A stretch of 64,000 nt of DNA from Octopus sinensis (taxonomy: Eukaryota): the NCBI RefSeq assembly GCF_006345805.1, contig NC_043004.1, forward strand, positions 52,514,001-52,578,000, given 5' to 3'. The notes below the pieces were generated by a model. It worked only from the letters and a program-made list of their open reading frames with translations, did no database searches and was not told the DNA's origin. The position numbers and the translations under genes are program-made. This document shows positions 54,591 to 64,000 of this stretch, piece by piece (position 1 is the stretch's first letter; each line of letters opens with the position of its first letter).

Positions 54591-55271
54591 ATCGCAAAAG
54601 TAATACTGAAATTTATTATGTAGTTTTTATTTTCGTGATTGTAGTTCAGGTTTCTGATGATTTGTAAAGGATGACTTACTTTCTCGTATTTCAGTAATAT
54701 TTGCAACATTTGGCAGTATATAACATCTGATATTAAATTGTACACACCATATGATTTTTAAACACCATATGTATTTCGATAATGTTGTGCTGTTTCTTTT
54801 GCCTGACAAGTTGTTTAAAGCCGGTGGCATGATTTATGTGCTGGCTCCTGAAAAATCTCCTCGCATAAATCTCTATATGATTAAGGAAACTGGATTATGT
54901 TACAGTTAAGTTTCTTTTTTATGATTTAGTTTTAAAGAGAAAATATTTCTTTCTTCTCAGTGGGTTTTAAAAAGGTTGCCATCTATCAAATGTTACTTTA
55001 TACGATGTGCACTAGGAGTTATCTTGGAAAGAAGAAAACTTTATGTGTTTCGGATTGCTTGTCAATACATATTTGAAATTAATTTGTTACGTATACTATT
55101 TTTTAAAGCTTGTCGTAGTTATCTCTATCTGTCTCTCAGCCTCCCCCCTGTCTGTATGTGTATACACACATATATATATATGCAGAGAGAGAGAGAGCGA
55201 TATATATATACATACATCTATCTAACAATATATATATATATCCATTATATACATCATATATTTATATATAT

Positions 55272-55349
<78 letters not shown>

Positions 55350-55441
55350 CACCGGAGTAAACACATAAATGTGGAAAAAAGAGTACTCAAATACCAGTGG
55401 TAGAGTAATATGCTTTAAATAAAGTATATTATGTATGTATG

Positions 55442-55492
<51 letters not shown>

Positions 55493-55524
55493 GTGTGTGT
55501 GTGTGTGTATGTGTGTGTGTGTGC

Positions 55525-55571
<47 letters not shown>

Positions 55572-55759
55572 GAAAATATATATGCATATGTATATTTATA
55601 TATATATATATATATATGCATATATAATATATACATATCATACATATGTAAATATATATGAATATGTATATATATATATGGTTGTGGTATGTATATGAAT
55701 ATATATACATACATACACACACATACACACAAACAAACACACACTCTATCTCTCTCTCT

Positions 55760-55791
<32 letters not shown>

Positions 55792-55821
55792 GTGGAAGGT
55801 TTGGAGATGATGTACAGGTAT

Positions 55822-56149
55822 TATATATTAGAAGAAATGAGGTAATCAGAAGATCGGATGGTTCATATTTATAGATATTTATTATATATTACATTTTTTA
55901 CATATATATATCATATCATTCAGATCATATCATTCAGATTATTAGCGCTTTCTCCTATTCTAGTGGGGTTTTCAAATCAAATTAATTCCTTTGTGGAATT
56001 AATTTGATTTGAAAACCCCACTAGAATGGGAGAAAGCGCTAATAATCTGAATGATATGATATATACATGTAAAAAATGTAATATATAAATAAATATCTAT
56101 AAATATGAACCATCCGATCTTCTGATTACCTCATTTCTTCTAATATATA
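55822..56149. repeat. Near-perfect palindrome (arms ~160 bp, 5-nt loop 55990-55994)
   Basis: Arms are reverse complements and end in (TA)n. Confidence 0.88.
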
Positions 56150-57290
56150 TATGAGGGGCGTTCAATAAGTAATGCCCTGACCCACTTCCCATAGCAGTAG
56201 AGCAACGAAACTTGGCACAGTTATTAGTCTTTTTCTACATAGGAACCACCCAGAGTTACGCATTTCTCCCATCGTTTGATGCGGCTCTGGAGACCGTTTT
56301 TGTAGAAGACCCCAGCTTGGTCCTCCAACCTCAACGTGACTTCAGAAATCAAGGCTGCATCATCTGGGAAACGCTTTCCTTTCAAAAACAACTTCATGAT
56401 TGGGAAGAGGTGAAAATCAGAGGGTGCAAGGTCAGGAAAGTAGGGGGAATGGGGAGGAGTTCATAGCCATACGCCTGTGCTTCTGATCTGGCGACAAGCG
56501 AGTTGTGGACCGGAGCGTTGTCCTGCAGGAGGAGGATGCCTTTGCTGATCTTGCCCCACCTCTTGATTTTGAAAACTTCTGTTAATTTCCTCAAAAGTGA
56601 AGCATAATAGGCTCCTGCAATTGTGGCACCCTTTGTCAGGAAATCTGTCATCACTACTCCGTCCTGGTCCCAGAAGACTGTGAGCATGACCTTGCCAGCG
56701 GAGGGCTGCACCCTTGCCTACTTTGGAGGGGGTGAGTCACGGTGCTTCAACTGCATTGACTGGGCTTTGGTCTCTGGATTATCGTGATGGACCCAGGTTT
56801 CATCCAGTGTAATCAGTCTTTTGAAAACTTTTGATTCATCTTCTTGGCACATCTCCAAATTCACCCTCGAGGACTCGACGCGTTCTTGCTTCTGGAAAGG
56901 CGTGAGCAGCCTGGGAATCCATATGGCAGACACCTTTTGCATATGCAAATGGTCATGAATGATAGTTTCCACAGACTCGGTACTAATCTCGACCTCATGG
57001 GCTATTTAGCGAATAATTATGCGTCGATCTTCCAAAATGGCAGCCTCAACTTGACGGACAGATGCCTCATCAATGGCAGAAGGGGACGACCAGATCTGGG
57101 AGCTGTTTCCACAGAGTTCCGACCATGTTTGAATTCACGATGCCAGCGTTTTACAAGGTCATATGATGGGGCATCATCACCATAAGTTTCATCAAAAGTC
57201 TCCCGTGGTGTGCGTCCTTTCAAATACAAAAACCGGATATATGTATATATATATATATATATATACCTTGACATGATTCTGATGTATTCA
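56150..57290 (-). mobile_element. Mariner (irritans-like) element with frameshifted transposase
   Basis: TA + TIR tgaggggcgttcaataagt at 56150. HTH region KRWHREFKHGR...RSGRP, WIPRLLT, ITLDETWVHH, LLLQDNAPVH, and PYFPDLAPSDFHLF across frames. The other TIR was not found. Confidence 0.88.
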
Positions 57291-58029
57291 ATAACTGATC
57301 CTAGAAAACTATCTTCCAGTAAGCAATCTCATCCTACATTGAAACACTTAAAGCGAGAGAGCTGAAAGGAAAATTAAACTGCATACTCAAAAGCGTGAGA
57401 AAACAATTATTTAAAACATGGAAAATGTAGAATATATTAAACGATAGCGAGTAAAAAAGTTAGAAAGGGGACTAATGAGGCATAGAACAATAAACGTATT
57501 GTCAAATGAAACTACCACGATGCTTTCATGAATAAATATTTACCAAGAAAAAGACCTCTGCAATTGATTGCACACACACACACACTCACACTCACTCTCG
57601 CACACACTCATATGCACACGCACACACGCACACACACACACCAATGCTCGATAACGTAAAAATAATTTAGACTGTGCTTCAACTTACAATATGTAATCAG
57701 TGGTCGTTACTTTATATTGTTAATCAATATTACTTCAAATACGGTTACGTAGCAACAATTCTTTATTTAAATCATTCCTATAAGGTCAGAAATCGTAAGC
57801 CTATACGTTAATCCAAGTTGGATTTATGTATTTCAATATGTTTTATGATCTACTGAAGAATTCTATGTACACAGATTTGAAAGTATGGATTATTCCCGAG
57901 TTTTTGACATGCTCTTTCTCTCTTTTTTTCCCCTCGTATATACGTGTGCGTCTGCGTATGTCTTCCTTTGTGGTTTGTGCGTTAGTTGGTGCGTATGTTT
58001 GTGTGATGACTGTGTCTTTGTTTCATATG

Positions 58030-58201
58030 AGGCGTAGGAGTGGCTGTGTGGTAAGTAGCTTGTTTACCAACCACATGGTTCCGGGTTCAGTCCCACTGCG
58101 TGGCATCTTGGGCAGGTGTCTTCTGCTATAGCCCCGGGCCGACCGATGCCTTATGAGTGGATTTGGTAGAGGGAAACTGAAAGAAGCCTGTCCTATATAT
58201 G

Positions 58202-58274
<73 letters not shown>

Positions 58275-58420
58275 GTATGTGTGTGTGTTTGTGTGTCTGT
58301 GTTTGTCCCCCGAGCATTGCTTGACAACCGATGCTGGTGTGTTTACGTCCCATCATTTAGCGGTTCGGCAAAAGAAACCGATAGAATAAGTACTGAAAGA
58401 AGCCTGTCGTATATATGTAT

Positions 58421-58487
<67 letters not shown>

Positions 58488-58700
58488 ATGTTTGTGTGTC
58501 TGTGTTTGTCCCCCTAGCATTGCTTGACAACCGATGCTGGTGTGTTTACGTCCCCGTCACTTAGCGGTTCGGCAAACGAAAAAGATAGAATAAGTACTGG
58601 GCTTACAAAGAATAAGTCCCGGGTTCGATTTGTTCCACTAAAGGCGGTGCTCCAGCATGGCCACAGTCAAATGACTGAAACAAGTAAAAGAGAAAAGAGT
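58030..58700 (+). mobile_element. Family A SINE with internal duplication of the middle segment
   Basis: Segment gtgtctgtgtttgtcccc...gatagaataagtact occurs twice. Confidence 0.88.
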
Positions 58701-58890
58701 ATGAGTGGTTTGAAGGAAAACATGTGGAATGCGTAATCAAAAGATATAGATAAACACACATTGAGCATTTAAGACCAAAATAAAGATTGACTCATTAAAA
58801 GGCTAAAAAATAGTGAAATCGAATAATGAAAATGGAATGATAAACGAGCTGCTAAATATTAAAGGACGTCAAATATAGAAAGGGTCTTCT

Positions 58891-60420
58891 GTGAGAATGT
58901 GAGAATGTGTGGAAAATGTGAGAATGTGGAGAATGTGAGAATGTGTGGAGAATGTGAGAATATGGAGAATGTGAGAATGTGTGGAAAATGTGAGAATGTG
59001 GAGAATGTGAGAATGTGTGGAGAATGTGAGAATGTGGAGAATGTGAGAATGTGTGGAAAATGTGAGAATGTGGAGAATGTGAGAATGTGTGGAGAATGTG
59101 AGAATGTGGAGAATGTGAGAATGTGTGGAAAATGTGAGAATGTGGAGAATGTGAGAATGTGTGGAGAATGTGAGAATGTGGAGAATGTGAGAATGTGTGG
59201 AAAATGTGAGAATGTGGAGAATGTGAGAATGTGTGGAGAATGTGAGAATGTGGAGAATGTGAGAATGTGTGGAGTATGTGAGAATGTGGAGAATGTGAAG
59301 ATGTGTGGAGAATGTGAGAATGTGGAGAATGTGAGAATGTGGAGAATGTGAGAATGTGTGGAGAATGTGAGAATGTGGAGAATGTAAGAATGTGGAGAAT
59401 GTGAGAATGTGTGGAGAATGTGAGAATGTGGAGAATGTGAGAATGTGTGGAGAATGTGAGAATGTGAGAATGTGGAGATGTGAGAATGTGTGGAGAATGT
59501 GGAATGTGGAGAATGTGAGAATGTGTGGAGAATGTGAGAATGTGGAGAATGTGAGAATGTGTGGAGAATGTGAGAATGTGGAGAATGTGAAAATGTGTGG
59601 AGAATGTGAGAATGTGGAGAATGTGAGAATGTGTGGAGAATGTGAGAATGTGAAGAATGTGAGAATGTGTAGAGAATGAGAGAATGTGGAGAATGTGAGA
59701 ATGTGTGGAGAAGGTGAGAATGTGGAGAATGTGAGAATGTGTGGATAATGTGAGAATGTGTGGAGAATGTGAGAATGTGTGGAGAATGCGAGAATGTGTG
59801 GACAATGTGAGAATGTGGAGAATGCGAGAATGTGGAGAATGTGAGAATGTGTGGAGAATGTGAGAATGTGGAGAATGTGAGAATGTGTGGAGAATATGAG
59901 AATGTGGAGAATGTGAGAATGTGTGGAGAATGTGAGAATGTGGAGAATGTAAGAATATGTGGAGAATGTGAGAATGTGGAGAATGTGAGAATGTGTGGAG
60001 AATGTGAGAATGTGGAGAATGTGAGAATGTGTGGAGAATGTGAGAATGTGGAGAATGTGAGAATGTGTGGAGAATGTGAGAATGTGGAGAATGTGAGAAT
60101 GTGTGGAGAATGTGAGAATGTGGAGAATGTAAGAATGTGTGGAGAATGTGTGAATGTGGAGAATGTGAGAATGTGTGGAGAATGTGAGAATGTGGAGAAT
60201 GTGAGAATGTGTGGAGAATGTGAGAATGTGGAGAATGTGAGAATGTGTGGAGAATGTGAGAATGTGGAGAATGTGAGAATGTGTGGAGAATGTGAGAATG
60301 TGGAGAATGTGAGAATGTGTGGAGAATGTGAGAATGTGGAGAATGTGAGAATGTGTGGAGAACGTGAGAATGTGGAGAATGTGAGAATGTGGAGAATGTG
60401 TGAATGTGTGGAGAATGTGT
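58891..60420 (+). repeat. ~1.5-kb minisatellite; 36-bp higher-order unit built from GAGAATGT subunits
   Basis: Unit GTGGAGAATGTGAGAATGTGGAGAATGTGAGAATGT repeated with few variants. Confidence 0.95.
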
Positions 60421-60529
60421 GGAAGAAAACTAGTGAAAACGATAGACAGTAGCAGCTGCAATAACAACAAGCAACAACAACAGCAACAACAACAGCTACC
60501 ACAACAACAGAAATAATAATAATTATCAA

Positions 60530-61362
60530 GAAGTACAAGAGAAGACATAAAAACCTGAGCATGGGCTAGGATGATTATCGCAAAGCATACGATATGATAC
60601 AGTAATCCTGGATTATAAGAAGAATGAAAAGTTATGGAGTAGCTGAGAATATGAGAAGCCCTATACGAAACAGCATGAAATGTTGGAGAACGGAATTGAC
60701 AGCAGGAGAGTAATTACTAGGAGAGGTGAAAATCAAGAGAGGAATATTCCAGGGAAACGGTGTGTCCCCACTGATATTCGTGCTTGGAACGATCCCCTTC
60801 AGTGAAACACTACAGAGAACAAAGTTGTGGTATGATATTGGAAGAGTTAAGGGAAAACTAAACCACTTGCTATTCATAGACGACCTGAAGATATTCGCAG
60901 AAAGTGAGGCAGAACTGGACACCCTAATCTAGTCTCTGCGGATTTTCCCCAATGATTTTAAGATGTATTTTGGACTTACAAAATGTGCTACTATGGGGAT
61001 GAAAAGAGGAAGGCTTGTCAGGAGAGAGGGCATATCGCTACCAAGTGTTGAAATGATGAAGGTCATTCAAACCCCAATTCAGCTATATATACCTGGGAAT
61101 ACTTGAGGCAGATAGAATCAAATACCAAGACATGAACGCCAGAAAAATAATTTCAGTAATAAACTCGCGCGCAACCGCAGTACTTGGTTATGGCGCTGGA
61201 ATCCTAAATGGATAGAAGAGGAGCTAAAGGAGATAGACATGAAGTCAAGAAAGCTCCTAACGATGCATGGTGCTCATCATACACATGCAGACATTAAATT
61301 CCTACACATGAAGACAGCAAATAGAGGAAGGGTACGTTTAAGTGTGGAGGACTGCGTGCGTA
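60530..61362 (+). mobile_element. R4/Dong-type RT fragment
   Basis: DYRKAYDMI, VKIKRGIFQGNGVSPLIF, LNHLLFIDDLKIFAESE, LSVEDCV. Confidence 0.82.
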
Positions 61363-63510
61363 TCTAAACCACTTGAGCCAGCAGCTTTGAATTCCGTCTG
61401 GTCCTGTCGCTTTCCAGTTTGGCAGTTTCGATATCTGTGCAATGACATCTTTCGTTGTTATGCGCACATGGGCGTGTCATGCTGCCTCCGGGTGATGGAG
61501 TTCGAATCTCACGGAATGAATCCACTCAGCTCTGTGGTTGTGCAAAACATCTTTCCCCTAGATGTTCTTCCAAAATTGGCTGGTTTCTTCTACTTCAGGA
61601 ATGTATCAACTTCTGTTTCCTCCTAAGCCCTTCAAACATCTGCATCTGTCTGTTTCAGAATAACCGGTTTTGCTGGAACTGCGATATACGGCTAGTGTAG
61701 CGCTGCACCTTTAATATTTTAACCCGCACACGTTGTTTTAGAGTTTTGATGATAGTTTTGAAACCTTTCTTTTCTACTTGGTACCTCGCGCCAAGATATG
61801 CCCAAGATATTGCGCCAAGATATTGCGTTGCAATTAGACAATTGCCTATAGAGCGGTATAGTATGGATGGTAGTGGATGGTAGAGGGAAAAACAACATTG
61901 TTAATGAAAGATCGGTCAAAGGGCAATGAAGCTGGCAATTACCGACCCATTGCTTGTCTTAACCTCCTCTGGAAAGTATTGACAGGTACTCTCACAGGGA
62001 AAATATATACGTTCTTTGCGGAAAACAATCTTCTGTCAGTAGAACAAAAGGGTTACCAAAAAGGATCCAAGGGCACCACGGACCACTTTGTGATAGACAA
62101 GGTTATAATGAAGAACTGTAAACGGTACCAAAAACTTCCTGCATGGCCTGGATAGACTTCAAAATGACTTACGACATGTTACTGTATTCGTGGATTTCGG
62201 AAAAACCCGACAGGTGTGGAATAGCTGAGAACGTGTGTGCACTGATTAAGAACAGCATACCTAGTTGGAAAACGCATCTTTCCTGTAACAACCAACACTT
62301 AGTCGAGGTAACAAATCAGTAGTCCTACGTAAAATCAACGTGCACTATGAGATGAGAAAGAACGGACCTCGCCTCAACCACCTTCTCTTCATGGATAATT
62401 TAAAACTGATTGCAAAATCAGAGCCTGAAATGAAGAGGCTGGTTGAGACTGTGCAAATGTGCAGCAAGGATACAGGGATGGAATTCAGTATCTCGAAATG
62501 TGCGGTGCTTACTTTGAAGCGAGGGAAAACAGTATATTGCAGGGGCATAGAATTGCCAAACAGAGAGAGAATGGTAGACTCGAATGATGATGCTGGGTAC
62601 AAGTCCCTTCGGATCCAGGAGTTGGACAATATCTTGCACAGAGTAATGAAAGACAAGGTCACCTCTGCATATTTCAAGAGCCTCAAACCTCTCTTGAAAT
62701 CGGAGCTCAACTCAAGGAACCTTGTGACTACTATCAACATATGGGCTGTTGCTGTAGTCCTCTACAGTGCACCCATCCTTAGATAGACACAAGTGGAAAT
62801 TGACCAACTCAATAGCACTACTCGAAAGTCAATGATAATGTAGTTGCCCTCCACGCTAAGGCAAATGTACACAGGCTCGCCATGAAGGGAGTTATGGGTG
62901 GACGTGAACGGGTCAGCGTACGGGATTGCATCATCATTGAAAGAAGAAACATGGCAGAAGGAGTTAACAAAAATGGACTTGAGTGTGCTCATGAATTCCG
63001 TACATGAACGGTCAACGAGAGACAAGAAACCTTACTCCGTATGGAATTACAGGGTTAGTTCCACCGAGAAATCAACAAATCAAAAGACCATGAAGCATCA
63101 TGGAGGTGGCTCAACAAGGGTGCCCTAAAAAAGAATACCGAAAGCCTAATCATCGCGTCACAGGAGCAGGCATTGAATACCAACTCAGTGAAAATATATA
63201 TATATATATACCACACAATTGCATCGAACCTCTGCAGAATGTGTGGGTAGAGGGTCGAAAGTGTGACTCACATTGTTAGTCCTTTTGAAGTCTTGCACAG
63301 AAAGAGTACAAATGTAGACACGACAAAGTAGCCCAAAACCTCCACTGGCTACTATGCCGTAAATATAGATATGAGGTTACGAGTGCTTGGTACCAACATA
63401 CACCGGAAAATGTAATGAACAAAAAATGCAAGGCAAAAATCCTCTGGGACTTTCATTTCCAGACAGACAAAGTGTTAGAGCACCGAAGGCTGGATATAGT
63501 AACCTTTAAG
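61363..63510 (+). mobile_element. R4/Dong-type element with inverted 5' segment (61363-~61790 on -) and RT-RLE part (~61790-63510 on +)
   Basis: Minus: LKQRVRVK...QFQQNRLF...KLPNWKATGPDGIQSCWLKWF. Plus: DIALQL..WMVEGKTTLLMKD..NYRPIACL, LNHLLFMDNLKL, KSELNSRNLVTTINIWAV, RHDKVAQNLHWLLCRKY, KILWDFHFQTD...HRRLDIV. Confidence 0.82.
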
Positions 63511-64000
63511 AGGGGCAAAAAAGACAATGGAAAAATAATTTAACAGAGACGGCTCCTATACAAAAATATCTCTTAAATAGTGAAATTATATATTTTTCTG
63601 ATCTTTATTCAATCACTGCATCAATCCAATTACATTCTTAACACAGCATTACAATCATGATGAAAATCAGAAACTATATATAGTGGTTAAACCTATAAGG
63701 AGTAAACACAATCGTAGTAGTTTCTTTCTGTCGATTAGAAATTGAAGTGAAATTTTAAACGTTTTGCTTTCTTCGTATGGAAATTTTTACTTAATCACCT
63801 CTTTCGTTGTATACGAACAAACTGTAAATACTAATACGTAAGCACAAAGGATGCTCCCCCAGTGATGTAAAGAGCAACAAGTACAAGAGCAACATATATT
63901 CTATCAGCCAACTACCTATTAATGCGCCTTAAAGGATAATATCAGGACTGAGTAAAATATATAACGTTTGCTATCCATTTTTTTTTTTTTTGAAATTCCA

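Noticed and set aside
58852-60562. Long ORFs of 317-567 aa (HILTFS / MCGECENVENVR repeats)
   Set aside because: They are translations of the 36-bp minisatellite, stop-free only because of unit composition.

Overview
AT-rich, repeat-dense eukaryotic DNA with no identifiable host gene. The tRNA-derived SINE families look like those of Octopus (my recognition, not database-verified). Most short ORFs in the track are microsatellite artefacts. Supported content: many tRNA-derived SINEs, degenerate mariner and R4/Dong-type LINE fragments, two non-autonomous Helitrons, a 5S rRNA-derived copy, Penelope-like remnants with minimal hammerhead-like motifs and fold-back palindromes, and a 36-bp satellite. 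The standout is 10.2-15.8 kb: three head-to-tail, ORF1(gag)-only retroelements with no RT or endonuclease, stacked inside one SINE at a repeated ~17-bp target. All three end in the same TGCC-loop-GGCA hairpin plus AATAAA. This is a candidate sequence-specific, SINE-targeting 'half-Tx1/L1' system.
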